A DNA stretch of 63,996 nucleotides, filler included, from Barthelona sp. PAP020 (taxonomy: Eukaryota), in the NCBI GenBank assembly GCA_040182905.1. It is 3 parts of 3 records of this genome, joined end to end, with 100 filler letters (N's around TTAATTAATTAA, not from the genome) between each part and the next. Parts side by side here need not be neighbours in the genome. Positions count along the whole stretch, not along the records: positions 1 to 24,353 come from JARQWU010000157.1; 2 more parts are not named here. One strand, given 5' to 3'. Below are positions 10,769 through 20,667 of this stretch, piece after piece (position 1 is the stretch's first letter; the number at the start of each line of letters is the position of its first letter). A model generated the notes under the pieces. That model did no database searches. It was not told the origin of the DNA and saw only the letters and a program-made list of their open reading frames with translations. The translations under genes and the position numbers were made by a program.

Positions 10769-12655
10769 ATGAATGATTCGAAATCAAAGAAGGTTCCACA
10801 AAATCCAACTATAATATCCTTCTTTAATTCAACATCAATTAAACCAGAATTAAACCCCGATGAAGAAACGAAATTGGAATTAAATCCGCCAAAATCAAAC
10901 AAAAAGGAAGAACGTTTATTAACTGCAATGAGTCCAATTATTGAAGAAGAAAATACAAAAACAGAACAAATAATTGAAGGAAATTGGTTTGAACAACAAA
11001 ACAAAGAAACACTACCTGAAGAAACTTTTTTTTATGAACCAAAACCATTAACTGATTCTGAACAAATGAGTATAGTTAAAAATATCTTTGAAAGAAAAGA
11101 AATAAAAGAAATAAAAGATTTGTTGTATGAGTTTAAATTAAAAACCAAAAAATTGTCAAAACAAAAGCAAAACTTTCTAAAAAATAAGAAACTTTATAAA
11201 GTTAATGATGATTTAACTTATTTTAAGTTTTTACAGTTTTATGAAAATATTCGACCTCCTTTTTGGGGAACAAATACTATCAACACAACATATGTAACTC
11301 CCGTCAATCCATTATTTCAAGAACCACATATAGATTATGATAATGACTCTGGTGTTGACTACATCCCCACAAATCTGGGAGGTGAGGCTGATGTTGATGG
11401 TATCGGCTCAGAATCAGAGAAAGAAATGGTTGATGGACAGTTTATTGTCGCTGATGATTATTTATCGGAAGAAGAAGCCGATGGTGAGAATATTAATTTG
11501 AGTGAAAAGACTACGAGCAAAAAGATTCCTGTTGTTTCCAGAATGCCAATATGTGTAGTTCCAAGTATTTATGGAAACAGTGCTTCAGAAAGAATTGAAA
11601 ATCTTGTTGAACAATATCCTGAGCTATACGAAGAACCAGAAGAGTTACCTTTCAAACATATACAAAACAACAGAACTAATGAGCCAAATAGAAAGGAATT
11701 CATTGATGAATTCAAGAATTATCAGGTAAATGCACCAAAGTGGGGAAAATTAGCTATATCTCTTATTCATTTGCCCTTGTTACTTACACAAGGCTATAAT
11801 CCTTTGAAAGCTGTTAAACCCGAGGAATTTTTCCAAAAACAGACGAAAGCACAACTAAATCGAATGGCCACAGCATCTAAAAATGTTACACAAAATGAAA
11901 GCGAAAAGAATGTAAAATTAGAGCAAAATATTACAAAAGAGGTTGTATCTATACAAGATAGGAAAGAAGAAGTGTCAAAAAAAGAAAAAAATGTTATTAC
12001 TGTTGAAGATCTTTTAGCATACGAAGTAGATTTGCTGATAGAATGGGTTCATGGAAAAGAAGGATCAAAAACAAATATGATCAAAGGACTTTGTAGTTTT
12101 TTGGAAAACCCTCCAAGAGGTACAAAGTTGCCACCGAAGAAGAAAAGACGAATCCCTGTTATTTCTCAAAGTGCCTTGAAGAACATTTTCAATGATCATG
12201 TGAAAAAGATAGGTAAAGAGTTTTATTGTGATGAAACCATTTTAAAAAAGGGTAATAGAGAAGAATTGATTCATTTGATTCCAGAAAAAGCAATTAAAAG
12301 GAAAAAAATTTTATCCCCAAAAGCTGTAGCTGATCGTAGAAAAAGAAAGTTATTAGAGATGGGAAATGTTCCAATTATGCAAAGTCAATCTCCTTCTCCT
12401 TCGACATCACCTATTGATTCATCGTCAGTTGAATCCTTAACATTCTCTTCCATTGAACCACATGTTTTAAAAACAGAAGAGGAAGATTTCAAAAGAGTTC
12501 CACAGTTAGAAACAGATGAATCTCAATCCCTTCTCCTTCAATCACAAAGCCAAAATATTTATGACCTATCTGATTCTCAACTGTATGACACACAAACAAA
12601 TTCCGAAAATTCGTCTCAAGAACCACAAATTTTCATGATGTCTCAAGCTTTCTAA
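10769..12655 (+). CDS. CHAF1A: Chromatin assembly factor 1 subunit A (p150/Cac1)
   Basis: KFLQFYENIRPPFWGT, NPLFQEPHIDYDNDS, FIVADDYLSEEE; N-terminal PIP-like QNPTIISFF. Confidence 0.8.
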   Translation: MNDSKSKKVPQNPTIISFFNSTSIKPELNPDEETKLELNPPKSNKKEERLLTAMSPIIEEENTKTEQIIEGNWFEQQNKETLPEETFFYEPKPLTDSEQMSIVKNIFERKEIKEIKDLLYEFKLKTKKLSKQKQNFLKNKKLYKVNDDLTYFKFLQFYENIRPPFWGTNTINTTYVTPVNPLFQEPHIDYDNDSGVDYIPTNLGGEADVDGIGSESEKEMVDGQFIVADDYLSEEEADGENINLSEKTTSKKIPVVSRMPICVVPSIYGNSASERIENLVEQYPELYEEPEELPFKHIQNNRTNEPNRKEFIDEFKNYQVNAPKWGKLAISLIHLPLLLTQGYNPLKAVKPEEFFQKQTKAQLNRMATASKNVTQNESEKNVKLEQNITKEVVSIQDRKEEVSKKEKNVITVEDLLAYEVDLLIEWVHGKEGSKTNMIKGLCSFLENPPRGTKLPPKKKRRIPVISQSALKNIFNDHVKKIGKEFYCDETILKKGNREELIHLIPEKAIKRKKILSPKAVADRRKRKLLEMGNVPIMQSQSPSPSTSPIDSSSVESLTFSSIEPHVLKTEEEDFKRVPQLETDESQSLLLQSQSQNIYDLSDSQLYDTQTNSENSSQEPQIFMMSQAF

Positions 12656-12923
12656 AATTGATTATTTGAACCTTTTTTTTTTGTTAATTGTGATTGAAAC
12701 ACACATAATATTCCAGTTTTTACAAATTTTCCTTGAATTTTTTGTTTAAAAGAGTTTAAAAGCGTTATAAAATTTTGTTTTTTTGTTTTTTTTTTCAACA
12801 AGGAAAATTTCAAATTCCTCTGTTGCACTTATTCTCTGTACTTCCTCATCTCCATTCCTTCATTCATTCAAAGAAAAATGTGAAATAGAAAGGAAGAAAA
12901 AATATCACTCTAACTTTATCATA

Positions 12924-13592
12924 TCAATGAACTCGAAGACTAGACAAAACACTGTCACGCATAGCACGAATAGCTCCAGAACGAGAAGGTGCCTTAAAAA
13001 TTCCACTTCCAGCAACAATACAATTTGCCCCTGCTTGCGTAACAACATTAACATTTCTTACTGTAACACCACCATCAACTTGAATGTCTTTAGTAAATCC
13101 ATTTTCTCTTAACCAACTGACATTGTCAACACCATGTGGCAAAAGAGGTTGACCACCAAATCCTGGTTCAACAGTCATGGCTAAAATCATATCTACATGT
13201 TCAAAATAAGGTTGTAAAGAGGAGGCATGGGTTGAAGGTTTACAAGCTAATCCAACTTTCATTCCAGCTTTTTTTACAGCTTCAATGACAATCATAGGAT
13301 CTTCAACAGCTTCAATATGAAAGGTAAACATGTCACATTTAAAAGCTTCACATGAAGGAACCCATTTTAAAGGATCAGTAACCATTAAATGACAATCGAA
13401 AAATAAATCGGGATGTCTTTTTCTTAAACTAGATAAAATTGGGAACCCAATTGCAATATTTGGAACGAAATGACCATCCATGATATCTATATGTAACCAA
13501 TCAGCACCATCTTTAGAAATTGAATAAGCTTCATCACCAAAAGATGCAAAATCACAAGAAAGCATCGAAGGAGAGATAATTGGTTTTAACAT
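12924..13592 (-). CDS. RPE: Ribulose-phosphate 3-epimerase
   Basis: IISPSMLSCDF, LHIDIMDGHFVPN, DCHLMV, MTVEPGFGGQ, IQVDGG, VAGSGIF. Start at MLKP (13592). Confidence 0.95.
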   Translation of the reverse strand: MLKPIISPSMLSCDFASFGDEAYSISKDGADWLHIDIMDGHFVPNIAIGFPILSSLRKRHPDLFFDCHLMVTDPLKWVPSCEAFKCDMFTFHIEAVEDPMIVIEAVKKAGMKVGLACKPSTHASSLQPYFEHVDMILAMTVEPGFGGQPLLPHGVDNVSWLRENGFTKDIQVDGGVTVRNVNVVTQAGANCIVAGSGIFKAPSRSGAIRAMRDSVLSSLRVH

Positions 13593-13677
13593 TGGAAATA
13601 ATTCGAAGGATATATAAAAAAAACAATTTTTTGGAAATATAAAGAAAAAAAATTTAATGATAAATTGTGTAAAGGAT

Positions 13678-16600
13678 TTATGTATATATTGAACCAATGG
13701 TAAAACATGAATTATCATTGATAAAAGTTTCAGTTGTATCTTTAAAAAAAGAAGGAAAATTTGAAGAAAACAGTGAACAATCAGACATGGTCAAATGAAC
13801 AATTCTTATTCTACCATTATCTAATAAGAATTGACAAATTTTCATCAATTCCATTTTTGGAATTGCATTAAAATATTTTCGTATATTTAAAAATGAGATT
13901 TGAGGATTCTCAAAAACCAAACCTAGAACTGCAATTTGTAATTTATTAAAGAGCTTGTTATTTTTACCACCAATCTGATGATCAAATATTGAAAAATATT
14001 CTTGACTAATATTCTTTTGAACTTCTTCTTCAGTAATTCTATTCACTTGACGTTCTCTTGAGATATCATCAATATAAACAGAGTTACCAATAATTTTTTC
14101 TTGAGTTTTTCCTTCCAATTCCAAGATAAAATATAAATTATTTGCCTGCTCCAAATTTAAATTTGGAAATCTTTCAATAATACCATCAACAGAAATTGAA
14201 TCTCCAGGGATAAATTCATTTAAATATTTATCGAAATCAGGCAAAAGTTCCTTTGCTATATTTTTAAAATCTTTTTTGGAACATTTGATATGTGTTGATT
14301 TTTGGAAATTGGAAAGTTGATCAGATGATATGTAAGATATTGGTAAAGAAGCTCTATACAATAAGGAGTCACAAATGTCTAATTCTTGGGTTTCATCATC
14401 ATCGGAAGCGTTTGAGTTCAAGAGTCGTTTCATTGATGTTGCTTCAAGATGGTTAATCTCTTCATAATTCATTTTTGGAATTAATTCAATCTGGTGCTTC
14501 AGAATCAGACTGGCAAAACCATACATCCCTGCTGGGTTGTATAGTTCATGTGGAATCTCATACAAGGATATGTCTTCTCGATTGAATTCAGTCTGAATCT
14601 CTTCTTGAACTTTTTTAAATGCAGGCATATTCAATAATAATTCTGATGCTTTAAGGGCAACAGTATTCAAAGAACATTTAAATTTATGAGCTAAAAGATC
14701 ATCTTGAATCTCCACAAAGTTTTCTTCTTCTTCTTCTTCTTCTTCTTCATCTTTCTCCAAGGCCTTCTCTTTGCCTACTATAATACCATTGTCCAAAAGC
14801 ATGTTAAAAGCATTTTTAATGTCGCCATCAGAATAGTTATCCAAGAACCTTTTCAATAGACCTTTATTTGTTTTCTTTCTTGAAGATGTATGATATTGTA
14901 AAAGACCCGTTACCAAAGCAACATCGTTACAATTATATTTGTTCATTTGTTCTTCAAAGGAAGATGTTTTGGGGGTTACGTAATTAATATCACAAATGCT
15001 ACTTTGGTAAGTTTTCAAATCAATCAATAGAGGTTGAATGAAACCCTTCAAAACTTTTAACAATTTAGAAAAGGTTTTAATACTTGAAAAAACATTGTTG
15101 AATTCAACTTCAGTTGTGATCAATTTGGAGCATTCTGAAAAGTCACGTTTTTTTTCTTTTTCAAGAATCATTCGATGATTGATCAAAAAAGCTGTTTGTG
15201 CAAATTTCGCTGGCTTTGGCAAGCTAGCAACAATCAAATTGTATCGCATTTTCAACATATTGATCGTCATGTCCTCATACACTTTTAAATGATTGAAGCT
15301 CTTGATGAAGCTCCATCTTATATTGCAATTATCATCCAAAAAGAAACAACTAGCTAATAGCAAACCAATTTGATCTCTAGTTGACAATCCTTCTAAAATA
15401 GTGGGTTTCTTAACTTTAATCAAGTTACTCTCATTTGATTTCTTGTTTAATTTTCTTTTAACACCAGTTTTCTTTGTTTGACCCTTTTTCTTCTCGATAT
15501 CATTTGTTGGGCCATTTTTATTCAAATGAAATGGCAACTTCCAATATACAAAGAAATTGGCAGAATCAGTATCACTATGCTCCTTTGGCTTATGTGTCCA
15601 ATTTTCCAATGGCAAATGTTGTTGCAAATATGCAACAATGGCTATCTTCTTGATAAATGTAACTTTGGCCAAAGAAGCAATAACATCAAAAGATGGCATC
15701 GTATTTATATTTTCTGAAGTGATAAGGCTTTGCAATGTCTCCAAACTTTTATGTCTAACACTCACAACATAATTAAAATAATCAGATTTGCCAAAAGTGC
15801 TGTACAGATTACGGATAACCTTCTTGTCATCTGTATTCCAACGCCAATTCTTCTGAGAAATTCTTTCCTCAAAAACTTTCCAAAAACTTTCGATAGTGTC
15901 CAAACTTTCCAAAACAAAAGAATCTTCTTCATCTTCGTCATCTTCTTTTTCCTCTTCCTCACTAACAATAAAAGAACTGAAACAGATGGAAGATGAATTC
16001 CACCATTTTTCCTGTTCAAACTTCACCAAACCTACAATTTCAAAACGTTTTATCATATTTATTAAGCTGGTTTGTAAAGTGTTGATTCCTAAACACTGAA
16101 ACAAATCTTGCTTTGTTTCTTCATCAGATATATTCAATAAATCCTTCAACATTGTCCTTTGAAATTTTTCCAGTTCATAGCTTGTTGAAAAAACACTATG
16201 ACAAGCATGGATGCAAAGACAATCTTCAACTGTAATGTCATTCATCAATTGTCCAATCGTAAACCCTGTATCCAGACCATAGATTTTGAATAAGAGCAAA
16301 TGAAGATACTTATGCCTCAAAGCTACTGGTGCAATGTACCCATACTTCATTGCAAATATCTCCCGAATACTTTTGGGAACTGTTTCTTTTTTCCTTCTTT
16401 TGACCACTGAAACATGATGTGTGGAAGCCTTTGTCTTTCCTTCAAGTTTAATTTCTTGACCAATATCTGTATCTTTCATCTTAATGGCTTTTAGTGTGGA
16501 ACTTATGCTCTTTCGAACAGAGGGGTTCTTCATTGCATCCATACATTGCTTGACAACATCAGAATTTTCATCTAAATGCTCAAGCATGACTAAAACAACG

Positions 16601-17979
16601 TTGGTTCTTCGTCCATATTCATCAAAGAACTTGACAGGCTGCATCTTTAATATGTTGTCATCATCCACCAATTGATTCAAGAGTTTGTGAAACGTCTTTC
16701 TGTCTATGGGCACTAAAACGGTTCCACTTTCTCTTTCCCTTACTAATCTCTTCAAACTATTGATTGACACCACTTTTTTTTCATTCATTATTTCGGTTAT
16801 CAATTGTAACCGTTTCTCATATGTCAAATGAATCGGTTTAACCCTGTTGTCAATCATCTTTTCAACATGGATGCCATCTTTCATTTTGCCAAATATTCTT
16901 CCCACTTTACTTTTCTTCTGGAGCTCATAGTTATACTCAACCATACCAAAACTGATAAGCTCGTCAACATAACGTTTACCTACTCTAGGTCTAATTCCCA
17001 AACGTGTTGTCAAATCAGGTTGCAAAATTCCTCTAGAAGCATTCATTTCAATAAAACGCAATAAACGCGAGATTGAAGACTCTTCCAAACATCCCATAAT
17101 TTTCTCCTTTGGAAAATTCCAAAAATAGTCTGTGGAATTCGGATTCTTTGCGATCTGAAATGTTTCATCTCCATTAATACCATCAACACCAACATTTAAT
17201 GAAACGCATTTCAACATCCTTCCATTGTTAGAAATTGACTCCAATGTGACAATCCCTTTCTCCTCCAAAACATTTAACTGATTTCTCAAAGTGCGAATAG
17301 GAACCTGTAAAATCTCCGACATATCTCGTATAGCAATATATTTCTCATTCATATTCTTCAAATAATCAAGAACTACATCGTACTGTTTCGAAAGCATATA
17401 TTCCTCACGATCATCTTTATCAAAATAATCAATCCCAAAGATCAAACTAGTGTTACAACCAACTTGTTTAGAATCATCATTAGAAGACATTATCAAACGA
17501 TAGGGCTTTTTGACAACTAAATTATCAGTTAAAAATTGATTGATATACCGTGACACTTCTTTATAATCAATATTTAAAATTTCTCCAATATTTTTTTGGA
17601 TAATACCCTCCTTGTTACTTTTAATGATTGCCGAGTATAATTTTTTCTTTGATTCACTCCAAGTAGCAACCGTTGCAGCACTTATTCCCAAAGTGGTAAA
17701 TTGTAATTTATTCGTAGACTCAAATAAAATTGTGTATTGATCTATTTTGTTAAAATCAATATCTTTCATATTAATCAATTGTTTGTCTTTATCTTTGAAT
17801 ATTTTTATCGAATAATCAATATTATCCCTTATTAATGCTTTACATAAATATTTTTTCACTTGTTTATCAAGATTAAACAGTTTTTCATCCTTTTGCAATT
17901 GTTCAATTAATTTTCTAAAACTTATCTCTCCTATCGTTATCGCAATTATATCAATGGCTTTGTGATATAATTCATTCAT
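13678..17979 (-). CDS. GTF3C1: TFIIIC B-block binding subunit (GTF3C1/Tfc3-like)
   Basis: 1433 aa with multiple winged-helix repeats: GIIQKNIGEILNIDYKEVSRYINQFLTDNLVVK (B-block binding type), DRKTFHKLLNQL, C-terminal VLGLVFENPQI...LLDNGRI. Confidence 0.75.
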   Translation of the reverse strand: MNELYHKAIDIIAITIGEISFRKLIEQLQKDEKLFNLDKQVKKYLCKALIRDNIDYSIKIFKDKDKQLINMKDIDFNKIDQYTILFESTNKLQFTTLGISAATVATWSESKKKLYSAIIKSNKEGIIQKNIGEILNIDYKEVSRYINQFLTDNLVVKKPYRLIMSSNDDSKQVGCNTSLIFGIDYFDKDDREEYMLSKQYDVVLDYLKNMNEKYIAIRDMSEILQVPIRTLRNQLNVLEEKGIVTLESISNNGRMLKCVSLNVGVDGINGDETFQIAKNPNSTDYFWNFPKEKIMGCLEESSISRLLRFIEMNASRGILQPDLTTRLGIRPRVGKRYVDELISFGMVEYNYELQKKSKVGRIFGKMKDGIHVEKMIDNRVKPIHLTYEKRLQLITEIMNEKKVVSINSLKRLVRERESGTVLVPIDRKTFHKLLNQLVDDDNILKMQPVKFFDEYGRRTNVVLVMLEHLDENSDVVKQCMDAMKNPSVRKSISSTLKAIKMKDTDIGQEIKLEGKTKASTHHVSVVKRRKKETVPKSIREIFAMKYGYIAPVALRHKYLHLLLFKIYGLDTGFTIGQLMNDITVEDCLCIHACHSVFSTSYELEKFQRTMLKDLLNISDEETKQDLFQCLGINTLQTSLINMIKRFEIVGLVKFEQEKWWNSSSICFSSFIVSEEEEKEDDEDEEDSFVLESLDTIESFWKVFEERISQKNWRWNTDDKKVIRNLYSTFGKSDYFNYVVSVRHKSLETLQSLITSENINTMPSFDVIASLAKVTFIKKIAIVAYLQQHLPLENWTHKPKEHSDTDSANFFVYWKLPFHLNKNGPTNDIEKKKGQTKKTGVKRKLNKKSNESNLIKVKKPTILEGLSTRDQIGLLLASCFFLDDNCNIRWSFIKSFNHLKVYEDMTINMLKMRYNLIVASLPKPAKFAQTAFLINHRMILEKEKKRDFSECSKLITTEVEFNNVFSSIKTFSKLLKVLKGFIQPLLIDLKTYQSSICDINYVTPKTSSFEEQMNKYNCNDVALVTGLLQYHTSSRKKTNKGLLKRFLDNYSDGDIKNAFNMLLDNGIIVGKEKALEKDEEEEEEEEENFVEIQDDLLAHKFKCSLNTVALKASELLLNMPAFKKVQEEIQTEFNREDISLYEIPHELYNPAGMYGFASLILKHQIELIPKMNYEEINHLEATSMKRLLNSNASDDDETQELDICDSLLYRASLPISYISSDQLSNFQKSTHIKCSKKDFKNIAKELLPDFDKYLNEFIPGDSISVDGIIERFPNLNLEQANNLYFILELEGKTQEKIIGNSVYIDDISRERQVNRITEEEVQKNISQEYFSIFDHQIGGKNNKLFNKLQIAVLGLVFENPQISFLNIRKYFNAIPKMELMKICQFLLDNGRIRIVHLTMSDCSLFSSNFPSFFKDTTETFINDNSCFTIGSIYT

Positions 17980-18164
17980 TGGATACTTTGAATATTTGAA
18001 AAAATTTTGAAACTACTTAAACAACAGTTGGTATTCTTTTTTTATTCATTACATCAATTTATTATTCATATTTTAGCAATTTATTATTCATATTTATCAA
18101 ATCTGCCCTTGATAAAAATACGTATTTAAAAAAAAAGACTAATTTTTTTTATAATATTCCGTAA

Positions 18165-19323
18165 TCAAGAAGCAATAACTTGAATTACATCTTCATCATC
18201 CAAAACATGATCTAAAGATGCCTTAGAGGGAGAGAAAGGAACAGAAGTTCCCCAAATCTTTGCATATTTAAAATTGGTTACAAGGTCTTTATGAATTTTC
18301 ATACAAAAATCTCTAACTGTACGTTTTCCCTTTCTTAAGATAACAGGTTCATCAAAATCAACATCACAACCTCTTGGCTTGGTGTAAACACGAATCAAGT
18401 TCATTCTTTCCCAAATTAACTCATGTGCTTCATCAAAATTCCATTCTTGATGAGACGCTATTGGAACAACATCTTCAGCCCTATCCCAAAGGTTTAATTC
18501 TTCAATAGTAATCTTATCTATTTTATTCAAAAGGTAAACACATGGAATATAGACACGATTTCCACACAAAACGTCAATGAACTGTTGTGCTGTAGCATCA
18601 CATTTGAATAGAATATCAGCATTGTTAATTTTGTACTCTTTACAAATATTCTTAATCAAATCGTCATCCAAATGTGTTAAAGGAACAATAGATGATATGG
18701 TAACACCACCAGAACCAACCTTTCTGATACGGATGTCAGGCTCATCTTCGTTCAAACGAATACCAAAATTTCCCAATTCTTCTTCGATAATATAACGATG
18801 AGTCCAAGGCTCTTGAGCATCTAAAACAATCAATATCAAATCACAGGTTCGAGCAACACCAATAACTCTACGTCCTCTACCAGAGTTATCATTAGCTGCT
18901 CCTTGAATGATACCAGGTAAATCAATCAGTTGAATATTAGCTCCTTTCAAGTTAAACTTCCCAGGAATAGCAGTTAATGTGGTAAACTCTCTTTCGTTAA
19001 CTTCTGATTCAGTATTGGTCCATTTACTTAAAATTGTGGATTTACCGACCGAAGGAAATCCTATTAATCCAACTCTACCGGATCCCGACCGTTGAACACC
19101 AAATCCATCATATTGAGAATTGCCTTTTTTTGATCCAGAAATCTTATCATCAACATCTCTTGTTAATTTTGCTCTACGCGCTTTTAATAAACATATGTGC
19201 TAAACGTTAGTTATTTTTTCAAAAGAATTGTAAAAATACACTCATTGTAGCTTTGTTCTTCTGAGTACGTGCTAGTTCCTCATCGATCGCTGCTATTTGT
19301 GCTTGAATTTCTTCAACACCCAT
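18165..19323 (-). CDS. DRG1: Developmentally regulated GTP-binding protein 1; two exons (19323-19240, 19199-18165)
   Basis: Exon 1 MGVEEIQAQIAAIDEELARTQKNKATMS splices in frame to HICLLKARRAKL...GFPSVGKST; DLPGII, ARTCDLILIVLD, NKID, TGS domain. Confidence 0.92.
19200..19239 (-). other. Spliceosomal intron, 40 nt, in DRG1
   Basis: GTATTTTTAC...AACTAACGTTTAG; removal restores the conserved QKNKAT-x-x-H motif in frame. Confidence 0.9.
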
Positions 19324-19618
19324 TCGAAATTAAATAAAATGCAATATGAGGTCAAAACTTCCAATTTTCTTCTTCTCTTATTTCACCACTCGTTTAATAT
19401 TTTTTGTTTTTATTAATATAATTAATACTATATTCCTTTTATAACAACGACATTATCTTTGATTGTGCAAATTTTTCAACAAATATTTTTTTGTTTTTAT
19501 TAATTACATTTGATGTTGAATTTCAATAAATATTAAACAATAAAATTGCTATAGCTTTCTTGTTATTTTTATTCTTAACTATTATTGCAATATTACATTA
19601 TCTCATAACAATTTTTTA

Positions 19619-20527
19619 ATGACACAAATTCCCAATTTTCATGAAAATCTTGGAGAGTTTGTAAATATTAACCCCAATATGTTTGTTGGAGGTATAAGCA
19701 ACATACCAACAACGATTTCTCAAAAGAACAATTCAGACGATGAATATATTCCTGAAGATGATTTAATACCTAAAGTTGAAAATATTTTACCAACTTCCCC
19801 AACAAATTATCAGAGCCAACCCAAATTAACTCCATCTTCTCCAGGAATGTGGCCAACAAACATTATTGAAGATCAACCAACTTATGATTCTGAAGAACCG
19901 TTATTATTGGAAGAATTGACTTCATTCTTTGAACCATCAAATTTTTCATTGACAAATTCAGGCCACATTTTGGCTAAAAATAACTTTATTGAGAACAATG
20001 TGTTCGTTTCTCCTCCTGAAACTGCAAGTAAATTATCCTATCGTCCTATTTCTTTGACTGGAATACAGTCAATGCGACAAATGCAAATTAAGTTACTTGA
20101 AATATATTATTCAAGAGCCTATGAGATTTCCAGAAAGGAACTACAGACTCGATTCAATAGATTTGCTTCTTTAAAGTCAGCAAATAGAACACTTAAAAAG
20201 AAAATCACTTCTCAGATTGATTCAATTGTCGACCAACAGAAAAAAGTGTTTGAATCACAAGCAGCTCAAGAATTAGAGCCCAAATTTGATACCTGTCTGT
20301 TTGAAGGAGATAGAGAAGAAGTTCCATGTACAAATGCTGCTCTGCCCTTTTCAAAATATTGTATTCATCACGTTTTATTGGATCCAAACCAACAATTCTT
20401 TAAAAGGTGTGAGCATCCAGGTTGTGTAGCCGCAGTAATGAAAAATTTAGAACCTCCATTATGTCCAGTACATTATCAATCTGGTACTGGTGCAAAAAGA
20501 GGTAGAAATAAAAAAGAGCCAACTTAA
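19619..20527 (+). CDS. KANSL2/INO80D-like zf-C3Hc3H protein
   Basis: C-terminal C...CTNAALPFSKYCIHHVLLDPNQQFFKRC...C...LCPVH. Confidence 0.7.
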   Translation: MTQIPNFHENLGEFVNINPNMFVGGISNIPTTISQKNNSDDEYIPEDDLIPKVENILPTSPTNYQSQPKLTPSSPGMWPTNIIEDQPTYDSEEPLLLEELTSFFEPSNFSLTNSGHILAKNNFIENNVFVSPPETASKLSYRPISLTGIQSMRQMQIKLLEIYYSRAYEISRKELQTRFNRFASLKSANRTLKKKITSQIDSIVDQQKKVFESQAAQELEPKFDTCLFEGDREEVPCTNAALPFSKYCIHHVLLDPNQQFFKRCEHPGCVAAVMKNLEPPLCPVHYQSGTGAKRGRNKKEPT

Positions 20528-20667
20528 TCCACTTTTATGATTAATAAATTGATCACTTTCCAGTTTATTTTTAATTCATATTGAAATATAAATTTAAACT
20601 TCAATTATACAAACATATGTGATAAAAAAGAAAAAAATTCATATCAATAATTTTTTTTAAGTTTAAA

